Part shown: in pieces, positions 47,909 through 55,769 of the stretch | Position numbering within the stretch: the stretch's first letter is position 1 | Layout: every line of letters begins with the position of its first letter | Sequence record: PZ445423.1 | Length of the DNA stretch: 58,567 bases | Reading direction: 5' to 3' (one strand) | From: a phage | The notes under the pieces: generated by a model | The model's input: the letters and a program-made list of their open reading frames with translations, nothing else | Database searches by the model: none | Told to the model about the DNA's origin: nothing | Position numbers and translations under genes: made by a program

Positions 47909-48637
47909 TTATTGCGGAGTTGTGATAATATGGTTACCAACTTCTAACATAACGTCCTGAGGCTCCCGTCCCTGTCTTAAGCTAATGAGCCAATTATCAA
48001 TATTAGGAAGAATATTTTTAGCCTGCTCAGAATCCCTGTATAGCGCAAGGTCTACCCATTGAGCCCCAAGCTTCACACGGATAGCGGTAGCGGTTTCGTA
48101 ATGGTGCAGGGAACACGTAGGCCAGCGACCGCGATTATCCCAATCCTGGATATCCCCGCTCCGGCGCATTCTGTACCAGCGATGGGTCAATTTATCCATT
48201 TCCTTATCCGTCAGAGCGTCTCCTTTAAGCAAAGCTTGGCGCTGTATCCAGGCCTTGAGATCGGCGTTTTCCTTGCGCCCGGTTTTACCCTTATCTACTT
48301 TTACCTTCAGTGCTTCCTCATAAGGATCGTTACCCTTGCCCATGTGGTAATTGAATTTGCCCGTATAGCTACGAAGCTCTTTGGCGTCCAGCTCATGTCC
48401 CAACTTATCGCTAACCCATGCAAGGAAAGCCGCACGCTCTGCATCCAGTTTACCCGCTTTTTGTCTTACCGCTTTTTTAATTGGTTGCTCCACATCTTCG
48501 TTGAAGTAATCCTCCACCATAGCAAGCGCCTGAGCCTTAGTGGGCACGCCCCGTAACCGCGAGCACGCTTGCACGACCCAGGCAGCAAAGCACAAATCCT
48601 TAACCACAGTTTTAGATGTAATAGTTTCTTCGCTCAT
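47909..48637 (-). CDS. hypothetical protein (first gene downstream of the AT-rich control region)
   Basis: 242-aa ORF with strong SD AGGAGG. Confidence 0.45.
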   Translation of the reverse strand: MSEETITSKTVVKDLCFAAWVVQACSRLRGVPTKAQALAMVEDYFNEDVEQPIKKAVRQKAGKLDAERAAFLAWVSDKLGHELDAKELRSYTGKFNYHMGKGNDPYEEALKVKVDKGKTGRKENADLKAWIQRQALLKGDALTDKEMDKLTHRWYRMRRSGDIQDWDNRGRWPTCSLHHYETATAIRVKLGAQWVDLALYRDSEQAKNILPNIDNWLISLRQGREPQDVMLEVGNHIITTPQ

Positions 48638-48776
48638 AAATCCTCCTAGTGAACTGGTAATGTCACTATAAAACAGCTATTAGCTATTTGCAAGAATTGT
48701 TTTAATATAGTGCTTAGTGGCGTACATAGTGGGCAAAACGTGTATAGTACGCCGTTACTGGCTTTGTAAAAGTTTG

Positions 48777-48808
48777 CCACTATAAACCACTATCCCACTA
48801 TTCACTAA
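48777..48808. repeat. three direct CCACTAT repeats plus a degenerate fourth copy
   Basis: CCACTATaaaCCACTATcCCACTATTCACTAA; copies start at 48777, 48787 and 48795. Confidence 0.6.
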
Positions 48809-48911
48809 TTTTTTATTTTTACACAGAGCAAAGTTTATAAGTTTACGGTTTTCCCCTTATTACCCCGTTTTCAAACAAAGAATTAGTAGTAGTAGTGAAA
48901 ACGTGTAAATG

Positions 48912-48933
48912 CCACTATCACTACTATACTATT
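48912..48933. repeat. second CCACTAT/CACTACTATACTAT repeat cluster
   Basis: CCACTATCACTACTATACTATT. Confidence 0.5.
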
Positions 48934-49306
48934 AATTATCTGAAAAAAGTTGGGAGTATACCCCTATAAACTTATAAACTTTCAGTCAACTAACTAAAAT
49001 AAAACTAATTAAACTAATATTAATAATAACTATAAATATATATAAAATAAGGATTTATTATTATTGTATATAGTACCTATTGGTATTATGTGATGAGTTT
49101 ATAGTCACTAAATAAACTCTATAAATTTTAATAAACCTGAACGGATGCAGATCAAAAATGAGAAGTCAAGTGCTTTTGAGGGAAATTTATTGAACTATTG
49201 TGATCGGAAGGTATATCAAGCTATAATGCGCTTAATCGCGGGATATTGGAGGAGGACTTTATTGCGCGGTTAACCGGACCAGTAGGAGGGCTGGCCCGGA
49301 AGTAGT

Positions 49307-49633
49307 TTAGAGCTGTACAGGTGTGAAGTGGGCTAATGTGTCGTCGGACATAATACCAGACAGTTTTTCGGTTACCCATTCGGACCAAATACTATCCGGT
49401 TCCTGGCGGTGCACAAACCAGATTTCGGATGTGCCTTCTTTGCGCATCGGTTGCACTTCTACAAGGAACTTGTCCTGCATAAGGCGGGTGAAGCATACGC
49501 TGGTCATTGGAACCGGCTTTTCGTCTTTATTGTAATAAGGGATTAATATTTTATTTCCGAAGTTAGCAACTTCATAAACCGTTCCTTTGCGAAGACCTCT
49601 GATGTCAGTGTAAGAGCGGATGAACGTTTTCAT
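49307..49633 (-). CDS. hypothetical protein
   Basis: 108-aa ORF with SD AGGAG. Confidence 0.45.
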   Translation of the reverse strand: MKTFIRSYTDIRGLRKGTVYEVANFGNKILIPYYNKDEKPVPMTSVCFTRLMQDKFLVEVQPMRKEGTSEIWFVHRQEPDSIWSEWVTEKLSGIMSDDTLAHFTPVQL

Positions 49634-49686
49634 ATTTACTCCTAGGGCTCCCGCAGAAGCCCGTCAGTGAACAGTGTGGTTATAGA

Positions 49687-50301
49687 TTATGCGTCCAGTC
49701 CGTTGTATTTTCGCCAGGCGTAGAACTGAATGGCGACAGTTGTTCCGTTGTAAGAAGGCATTGCTGCTTTCATTTCTTTCAGCTCGGGGGTACGACCCAG
49801 CTCACTTAAAAGTTTGTCACCCATTGCCCACACTTCGGCAGTTTTTCCTTTGAGCGGCTTGCGAGCGCCATTTTTGAAATCACAGCGAGCAGCTTTTGCA
49901 TCCTGTTTTGGCGCGGCAGCTTTTGGCTCTTCAATTTTGATTTCAGAAACCTGCGTGGCAGCTTTTGCGTGTTTCATATCTTTCTCTTCCTCCTGCTCCA
50001 GAGCTTCGAGGCAGCTTTTGACAATTTCCGGATTTACCATCGGGCGCAGTACCGAGACGCTGGCAGCTGGCGCGGCGGTCGGTGCCGGGACTTTCTGCTC
50101 CGGCTGTTGCGCTTTTTTATGGTCGCGCAGCACCTGAAGCACTTCCTTTTCGATGATGTAAAAACCAATATCGTCCTGATGGATTAACTGTTCGTGTGCA
50201 TCGCGTGCAACCTGGCCCCAGCGGGTCTTAAGGGCGCGGCGTGCATTCGTTTTCATGGTGTAACGCATTTTGTCCTGTTCGCGGTGAGTTACTTTAGACA
50301 T
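49687..50301 (-). CDS. hypothetical protein with Ala/Pro/Lys-rich linker
   Basis: About 204 aa from the ATG at 50301 (SD AGGAG). Confidence 0.45.
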   Translation of the reverse strand: MSKVTHREQDKMRYTMKTNARRALKTRWGQVARDAHEQLIHQDDIGFYIIEKEVLQVLRDHKKAQQPEQKVPAPTAAPAASVSVLRPMVNPEIVKSCLEALEQEEEKDMKHAKAATQVSEIKIEEPKAAAPKQDAKAARCDFKNGARKPLKGKTAEVWAMGDKLLSELGRTPELKEMKAAMPSYNGTTVAIQFYAWRKYNGLDA

Positions 50302-50374
50302 GGTATAGCTCCTTTCGTTAATGTTAGTTTGCTTATTACTGCCCACCGTAATGATGAGCAGTGTATAAGAAAAC

Positions 50375-50625
50375 TTATTGCACGATTGCTACGAAATCGG
50401 CGGTTGCGATATCCATGCTTGCGAAAGCAACGATGCCATAGTCGGTGTCGTTCTCGGCGTTAAAAGCTTTGAGGAACTGCTGCACCGCTGCTTTATGGTT
50501 AAGAGTTACGTCGATAGCATAGTCCAGCTATAGACTTTGCGCTTGCCAAAACCTTTAACTGCAATGCGAGCGCTTTTAGTGTTGGTTGGTGCCAAAAATT
50601 TGGTGACGATAGAAGTAGCCATGAT
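50375..50625 (-). pseudogene. small gene interrupted by a frameshift (pseudogene, recoding site or sequencing error)
   Basis: ATG at 50625 with SD GAGGA opens a 38-codon frame ending ~50509; the adjacent frame continues ~49 codons to a TAA at ~50375 but has no start codon of its own. Confidence 0.4.
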
Positions 50626-50690
50626 GTAATCCTCGTTTTGTTTAAGTTGACTTATTATTGCCCAGTCAGATCAACTAGGCAAGATATAAA

Positions 50691-50903
50691 TCACTTAATT
50701 TGTACCAAATCGTATTCCTTGTAAATGTCGCTAATGTACATATCGAACTGACCCATTAAGAAGATTTCGGCCTCCTCCCAGCTTGGGGCAGATACATAAC
50801 CAGCTATTTTACCGGACGCGAGTTCCACTAATTTGAATTCCATGATGCTACCTTTAATGTGGTTAAGCAGTATTGCTTTGTTGAAGTAATAATAGCCTTG
50901 CAT
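50691..50903 (-). CDS. hypothetical small protein
   Basis: 70-aa ORF without a clear SD; an internal ATG at 50843 with a weak AAAGGT SD would give 50 aa. Confidence 0.3.
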   Translation of the reverse strand: MQGYYYFNKAILLNHIKGSIMEFKLVELASGKIAGYVSAPSWEEAEIFLMGQFDMYISDIYKEYDLVQIK

Positions 50904-51086
50904 CGTGATATTGAATAGGCCAAAAGTGCTCTTTTAGAATTGTTTTGCATCTAGTGAAAAATACGCTTGCCCTGCATGTTTAGCACTAAGGGCCTAACTA
51001 ACATCACATCATCTGGAGTATTCGCGCAGGTGTACACATACATATAAAGCTGCCAAAATATTTTTATAAAAAGATGCAAAAAGGTG

Positions 51087-51115
51087 TAGACACATGATCG
51101 GTCTAGCACTACTAT
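51087..51115 (+). promoter_or_regulatory. candidate promoter, copy 1 of a repeated element
   Basis: TAGACA, a 17-nt spacer containing CATGATCGGTCT, then TACTAT; ~48 nt upstream of the ATG at 51163. Confidence 0.4.
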
Positions 51116-51162
51116 ATACACATACCGCAAGGTGCTACAAATTAACTTAAAGGGTACACATT

Positions 51163-51447
51163 ATGTCCATCGTCACTATGTCGTTCTTCGACCATTGCAA
51201 TAACGAAAAACAAATTATCGTGAACCTGCAAAAAGGGTTTGTTGTCGCACGCAATGCTAACCGCCAATGCATCGCGCTAACCGATTTTGCTTTTCGCCTT
51301 AACGTGGACAACACCACCGCCAAAAATATCGTTCACGATACAGCGTTGGAAGCTGCTCACGCTGCGAAGGATAAAGGTATCCGCGCCGCACGCGAAATCA
51401 TGCACAAGGCGCTCGGCATCACGTTCTTCGTTGGGATTAAGGGGTAA
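51163..51447 (+). CDS. hypothetical early protein
   Basis: 94-aa ORF with SD AAAGGGT; first + strand gene after the divergent region. Confidence 0.45.
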   Translation: MSIVTMSFFDHCNNEKQIIVNLQKGFVVARNANRQCIALTDFAFRLNVDNTTAKNIVHDTALEAAHAAKDKGIRAAREIMHKALGITFFVGIKG

Positions 51448-51452
51448 CTACT

Positions 51453-51596
51453 ATGGCACGCAAATATTCGCTTACACGCGCACAACATGCTTTATTATTG
51501 CAGGTTATGCGCATGGAGTACGAAGAGACTACATGGGCGCAAGCTATGCAGACAGGGCGCGAGTTCTACGCGCAACTAATAGCACAAAATGCCTAG
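51453..51596 (+). CDS. hypothetical small protein
   Basis: 47-aa ORF (MARKYSLTRAQHALLL...) with SD AAGGGGT; below the track's size cutoff. Confidence 0.3.
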   Translation: MARKYSLTRAQHALLLQVMRMEYEETTWAQAMQTGREFYAQLIAQNA

Positions 51597-51625
51597 ACAA
51601 CATGATCGGTCTGGTGGATACTACA
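51594..51625 (+). promoter_or_regulatory. candidate promoter, copy 2 of the repeated element
   Basis: TAGACA-a-CATGATCGGTCT (exact 12-mer shared with copy 1) then GATACT; ~30 nt upstream of the ATG at 51656. Confidence 0.35.
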
Positions 51626-51655
51626 CACATCAACCAAACAACGGGGGTAAACAAA

Positions 51656-51883
51656 ATGCGTAGTTTCAAATGTGTAAGCGTAAATGCTACTGGTAACGGT
51701 CTGTTCACGGCAGGTAATGTATATGACTTCAACATGGAAAGTTATAAAGACACAACGCTTACAGGTGTAATGTTCGGTGGCGCTCGTGTCGTTCGCTGCC
51801 ATTTAAACAAGAACACGGAAAATGAATATACCCTTATCAGTCGCTACACGGGCGAGCCGTTAGCTGTGTTCCATGCAGCTTAA
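51656..51883 (+). CDS. hypothetical small protein
   Basis: 75 aa with SD GGGGGT; same frame as the track's 198-aa ORF, whose upstream part looks non-coding. Confidence 0.4.
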   Translation: MRSFKCVSVNATGNGLFTAGNVYDFNMESYKDTTLTGVMFGGARVVRCHLNKNTENEYTLISRYTGEPLAVFHAA

Positions 51884-51960
51884 GCTATAACGCACACAGC
51901 GCCGCGCTAGCGATCTAATGTACATAGGTAATGGTAATGCATTAGCTCGGGCGAAACGGG

Positions 51961-51999
51961 CGCACAGCGTCGCGCACAGCTCGCACAGCGCACACAGAC
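51961..51999. repeat. degenerate tandem CGCACAG(C) repeats in a non-coding GC-rich stretch
   Basis: CGCACAGCGTCGCGCACAGCTCGCACAGCGCACACAGAC. Confidence 0.5.
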
Positions 52000-52317
52000 C
52001 CACGCAGGCCCAGCCGCGCAACCCGACCCATCCTTTTCCAGGTACTTGGATCGCTGGGGCGTGCCCTGTCCATCCTGATAGTAAGTCCTTGTCTAAATCT
52101 CACCTGTCACATTCCTATCCACCTACATCCATGACCCCACCTACCTTCTTTTTGAATATATTGCGCTCATCCTTTCTAAATATATGGATTTTGGTAGTAA
52201 ATTCTGAGTCGTCAACGTATAATCCGTCTTGTAGCTGCTCCATAGCTACCATCTTTAAGCGGATGCAACCAATTTCTATCAATCCACACCTGTTTTTAGA
52301 GCATCAAGGAGGTATTT

Positions 52318-52581
52318 ATGTGCGACTCCAGTACAAGCGCTTCACCCAGCACCTCCAGCAATGTGGTTACAGAGGTAAATGCAATGCGATTAGGCCCATA
52401 TCGCGGGTATTATGGTCGGGCAGCATGGAATGACGCTACTCAACGTTTTGAAGGCTGGATTATCTGTCCGGAACGTGTTAAATTTCATTCCGTAAAAGAG
52501 AAAAATATCGTTCTTAATTTTCAAAAATGTGTCACTAAATATGTAGAGGAGCAAGAAGAATGTCTTATGTGTCAGCATTAG
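52318..52581 (+). CDS. hypothetical protein
   Basis: 87-aa ORF with strong SD AAGGAGGT 7 nt before the ATG. Confidence 0.45.
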   Translation: MCDSSTSASPSTSSNVVTEVNAMRLGPYRGYYGRAAWNDATQRFEGWIICPERVKFHSVKEKNIVLNFQKCVTKYVEEQEECLMCQH

Positions 52582-52925
52582 AAGCTGCTGGATGCGAAGT
52601 ATTAGATTTTGTTGAGTTTGGTTGTTATCAGGGTGAATGGCTTGCCCTGATAAGAAAAGATGGTGTATTGGGAGTTTGCGAAGGGTCTTATGGATCATGC
52701 TCTGGTTGCGATTCATTTGAAGCTGAATTTGGCTGGCATAATGAGGAAAGTCCCGATTATCAGAAACGTCTTGCTGAATTTGGTAAAAGTTACTTACCAG
52801 CTAACAGCTTTGAAGAAATGATCGTCAAACTTCAAAAGGATATTGAGAATTATGATTGGGATGACGATTATAAATCTATGTTAGAAACTGTTCGTGACTG
52901 GCAGAAAAATATAGGACAAGTATAA
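52560..52925 (+). CDS. hypothetical Cys-containing acidic protein
   Basis: 121-aa ORF with SD AGAGGAG; contains CEGSYGSCSGCDSFE. Confidence 0.45.
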   Translation: MSYVSALEAAGCEVLDFVEFGCYQGEWLALIRKDGVLGVCEGSYGSCSGCDSFEAEFGWHNEESPDYQKRLAEFGKSYLPANSFEEMIVKLQKDIENYDWDDDYKSMLETVRDWQKNIGQV

Positions 52926-52940
52926 TTATCAATCTATAAT

Positions 52941-52964
52941 GGGCTCTACGGAGCCCTTAATTAT
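52941..52964 (+). terminator. candidate terminator/attenuator
   Basis: GGGCTC-tacg-GAGCCC hairpin followed by TTAATTAT. Confidence 0.45.
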
Positions 52965-52976
52965 CTGGAGGTTGTT

Positions 52977-53279
52977 ATGCTGTATTTAGGAATGGACGAA
53001 ACTGGACACGCGATTCCTTCCGTTAACAAGGAGACGCAAGTATTTACCGACTATTACGGGTCTGCTGTCCCTGTTGAGCCCTGGGCTAACTTTATCGCTG
53101 TAGACGCAGACGGTAAAGTACATTGTTATGACGCCAAACCTTCTTGCTATGAATCTGGTAAGCAATGGATGCTTGGCGTATACGGTTTGCATGTCCGCTA
53201 CTGCGGTGAAGTTGACCTCGAAGGTATGGACTGGCGCAATACGCTAAGGGAAATTAAAGAATATCGGGTTGAAGCATGA
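52977..53279 (+). CDS. hypothetical protein
   Basis: 100-aa ORF with SD GGAGG. Confidence 0.45.
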   Translation: MLYLGMDETGHAIPSVNKETQVFTDYYGSAVPVEPWANFIAVDADGKVHCYDAKPSCYESGKQWMLGVYGLHVRYCGEVDLEGMDWRNTLREIKEYRVEA

Positions 53280-53500
53280 AAATATTCATGGTACTAGGCG
53301 TTATACTTGCCGCTTTCATTGTATTTGCAATCGTAGACTCTAGAGAAATGGAGCAGCAAAACTGTCAGCGTACTGGTAACAGTCGGGATGATGTCATTTG
53401 GCAATATATTTACGATGCAAAAGGTAATGTTATGTCAATGTATCCTCAGGTTATTACTGAGTATGAATATAAATGCAATGACCGTAACAGGTGGAGATAA
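53276..53500 (+). CDS. small membrane-anchored protein
   Basis: 74 aa; N-terminal TM helix MKIFMVLGVILAAFIVFAIV; start overlaps the upstream stop (ATGA). Confidence 0.4.
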   Translation: MKIFMVLGVILAAFIVFAIVDSREMEQQNCQRTGNSRDDVIWQYIYDAKGNVMSMYPQVITEYEYKCNDRNRWR

Positions 53501-53502
53501 TA

Positions 53503-53694
53503 ATGGATAGACTATCCGATGAGCGCGTTGCTAAGCTTGCAGAATATGACTGTGCAAGCAATGAGGAGGTTATGTCTTTAGCACAAGAGGTGAAGGAACT
53601 TCGAGCTGTAGCAAAGGACTTCCTGCGTCGTAATAAATATGGTCCTTTGTTCTATCGTGATTTGTATAACCGTTTTAAGGAGATTGTGAAATGA
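53503..53694 (+). CDS. hypothetical protein
   Basis: 63 aa from the ATG at 53503 (SD GGAGA); the track start at 53491 is a GTG. Confidence 0.4.
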   Translation: MDRLSDERVAKLAEYDCASNEEVMSLAQEVKELRAVAKDFLRRNKYGPLFYRDLYNRFKEIVK

Positions 53695-53960
53695 TTACTG
53701 CTCAAGAAGCTCGTGAATTAAGCGATAAGCTGGATATTAGCGAAGATATTGAATTTATCAGTGACAGCATTCGCGTAGCTGCTACAAAGGGATACAATAA
53801 AGTATCACTGGTGACCAAATACGGCGCTGTTGGCAATCCTGACACTCAAGACCCAACCACTATGAAGATCGCTAAATGGTTAGCCGATTCTGGTTTTACG
53901 GTGCTATATTACCCTTCCATGGACCAACGTGATAACGAGCGTACTGAGGTAGCATGGTGA
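53691..53960 (+). CDS. hypothetical protein
   Basis: 89-aa ORF with SD AAGGAG. Confidence 0.4.
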   Translation: MITAQEARELSDKLDISEDIEFISDSIRVAATKGYNKVSLVTKYGAVGNPDTQDPTTMKIAKWLADSGFTVLYYPSMDQRDNERTEVAW

Positions 53961-54027
53961 TTGAAGAAAATATCAAATATTGGAAAGGCTTTATTGACGA
54001 AATGTTGAAACCATTGGAGAAGAAATA

Positions 54028-54420
54028 ATGCTATTAGTCGTCACCGGAGGTCGAGATTTTAAGCATGTGGAGTATATTTACGCTCAATTGGATAAGCTGC
54101 ATATGCAAAGAAGGATAACCACACTTCGCCACGGTGACGCTGACGGTGTTGACCGGATTTGCGCACATTGGGCGGAGCGCAACGGTATTAAGACAGAAGC
54201 ATTCCCTGCCCCGTGGGGCAATCTTTCCTTACCAAATACCAAGATACGGTATAATGCCAAAGGTGCTTATAATGCACAAGCAGGCGCTTACCGCAACCAA
54301 TTAATGCTGGATACTGATCCTAAACCAGATCACGCTATTGTGTTTCCTGGCGGAGCTGGTACTATGGATATGTACAGACGGATTAAAGCATCCGGTATTC
54401 CTTACACTTTAGCGGGGTAA
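54028..54420 (+). CDS. SLOG/LOG-like Rossmann-fold protein (YspA/DprA-like)
   Basis: 130 aa; LLVVTGGRDF, GDADGVD and FPGGAGTMDM resemble the Gly-rich nucleotide-binding motifs of LOG/SLOG proteins (PGGxGT); SD GGAGA. Confidence 0.4.
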   Translation: MLLVVTGGRDFKHVEYIYAQLDKLHMQRRITTLRHGDADGVDRICAHWAERNGIKTEAFPAPWGNLSLPNTKIRYNAKGAYNAQAGAYRNQLMLDTDPKPDHAIVFPGGAGTMDMYRRIKASGIPYTLAG

Positions 54421-54423
54421 ATA

Positions 54424-54894
54424 ATGGCTGACGTTAAAACTATTGTTGATGCAATGGACGAGTCCAAAGACTGCCAACTGAAGAAGTCGTTTGAAGTAAA
54501 ACAGGTTACAGAGACTCAGTTAATAGCAAGATTCGCACGTCGTTGCGGCTTGGGGCGCGGGAAAGACTGGAACGGGCTTATTGTTATGCCCACATCACAG
54601 ATCCTTGTCTATGTCCGTAATGTTGTAGAAGATCTTTTGCGTCTTCAAATTGATATTGGTGACGTAGAAATTAACATGACCGCGAGCTCTACCATTGTGG
54701 TTAAATGGCAGTCGGGCGAGACACTGCGTTTGGAAGCGTGCCATTGTGCTAAGAGCTTGCACCACCTGCGAGGCTGTCATTACCAGTTCGTTGGGTTTGT
54801 ACATCCGCAAGGGTTAAGCGAGCGTACGGCGCTTGTAGCGCGTTTGCTGCTGCGTCCTTATAATAACGAGCCGGAAGTCATATACGAGGCATAA
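54424..54894 (+). CDS. hypothetical protein
   Basis: 156-aa ORF tightly following the upstream gene. Confidence 0.4.
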   Translation: MADVKTIVDAMDESKDCQLKKSFEVKQVTETQLIARFARRCGLGRGKDWNGLIVMPTSQILVYVRNVVEDLLRLQIDIGDVEINMTASSTIVVKWQSGETLRLEACHCAKSLHHLRGCHYQFVGFVHPQGLSERTALVARLLLRPYNNEPEVIYEA

Positions 54895-54895
54895 G

Positions 54896-55102
54896 ATGGA
54901 AACTCCATTAGCTAAACAAATGATAGAGCGTGCGGATCGGGACGGTTTACCGGAAGACCATGCTATGCGTCGAACTGCCCAGGTATTTGACGAAATTAGC
55001 GTTAAATACGCGATGGGTAAGAGCACGCCTAAAGGTTTATTGGGTGCTTGGGCTCGCGCTCGACGCTGCTGGTGTAACTATACCGGAGAACCTCTTGTAT
55101 GA
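54896..55102 (+). CDS. hypothetical protein
   Basis: 68-aa ORF. Confidence 0.35.
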   Translation: METPLAKQMIERADRDGLPEDHAMRRTAQVFDEISVKYAMGKSTPKGLLGAWARARRCWCNYTGEPLV

Positions 55103-55521
55103 TAAAACACGTTAAACAGCCAACGTTGAATACATGCGTTTCTGCGTGTTTGGCAATGATTCTTAATAAACCTGTTGAGAAGGTCATTGAGGAATTTCAT
55201 AGTCGTTATTATAACAACTGGGAAATCACTATCAGCGAATATTTGACTAAAAACAGCGTCATGCATCATTGTTCAGAAGGTGGTGGGCGTGAAACTTTGC
55301 ATATGGGAGGTTTGTTCCTATGCACGGTGCCAAGTCTTAATATTCCTGGCGCATTGCACCAGATTGTGATTGATATGACGGATCACAAGTTTATTGTGCA
55401 TGATCCAATTAAAGGATGGGAAGGTAAAAAGTTCTATGTTGGTCCGGATCAAGATCCTGAAGAGCCTGGAGCTTTTATCATTCATACTTGGGTCAAAGAC
55501 GTTGAAATCCTGCCTTATTAA
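55099..55521 (+). CDS. papain-like cysteine peptidase, C39-like
   Basis: 140 aa; N-terminal QPTLNTCVSACLAMIL matches the Q-x5-C-G-x-A-C-L-A-M-I catalytic-Cys signature of C39 peptidases; a downstream FIVHDP could supply the His. Confidence 0.5.
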   Translation: MIKHVKQPTLNTCVSACLAMILNKPVEKVIEEFHSRYYNNWEITISEYLTKNSVMHHCSEGGGRETLHMGGLFLCTVPSLNIPGALHQIVIDMTDHKFIVHDPIKGWEGKKFYVGPDQDPEEPGAFIIHTWVKDVEILPY

Positions 55522-55553
55522 TTTTCTTGCTATCACATAACCCTTCATTGTAT

Positions 55554-55583
55554 TGTGTACCCATCGAATAAGAGGGGTACACA
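55554..55583 (+). promoter_or_regulatory. 9-bp perfect inverted repeat enclosing the SD of the downstream gene
   Basis: TGTGTACCC-atcgaataagag-GGGTACACA ends one nt before the ATG at 55584; the SD AAGAGGGG lies in the loop and 3' arm. Confidence 0.35.
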
Positions 55584-55769
55584 ATGACCAAACTATACGC
55601 CGGATTGTTTTTATTTGCGACGTTGATGTTCGCTGGGCTTTATACCTATACAGTAGTCGAACAACCTTCCACGGTTATCCGAATCTTTGCAAGTACAGGG
55701 CTTTGCATCTGTCTTATTCTATTTGTTTTATGCATTGTTATTATCCAAGACCAAAGGAAAGTTAAATGA
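55584..55769 (+). CDS. small two-TM membrane protein
   Basis: 61 aa with two hydrophobic helices (LFLFATLMFAGLYTY and GLCICLILFVLCIVII). Confidence 0.4.
   Translation: MTKLYAGLFLFATLMFAGLYTYTVVEQPSTVIRIFASTGLCICLILFVLCIVIIQDQRKVK

Larger units (their letters stand above)
48638..49306. promoter_or_regulatory. ~670-bp non-coding AT-rich region with iteron-like repeats (candidate origin/promoter region)
   Basis: No ORF with SD; extreme AT richness at ~48990-49140; clustered CCACTAT/ATAGTG motifs and TTATAAGTTTAC / CTTATAAACTTT repeats. Confidence 0.45.

Noticed and set aside
49644-49670. Hairpin GGGCT-cccgcaga-AGCCC upstream of the gene at 49307-49633.
   Set aside because: No U-tract in either orientation, and it sits between a stop codon and the next SD; insufficient to call a terminator.
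51287-51883. 198-aa + strand ORF spanning most of the 51.2-51.9 kb region.
   Set aside because: Its N-terminal two-thirds has a non-coding-like composition and overlaps two better-supported small genes with SD sequences. Only its last 75 codons (from the ATG at 51656, with SD and an upstream promoter-like repeat) look genuine.
51918-52433. 171-aa + strand ORF.
   Set aside because: No SD, His/Ser/Pro/Thr-biased low-complexity translation, and it overlaps the well-initiated gene at 52318. Treated as non-coding and reported as a possible RNA or regulatory region instead.
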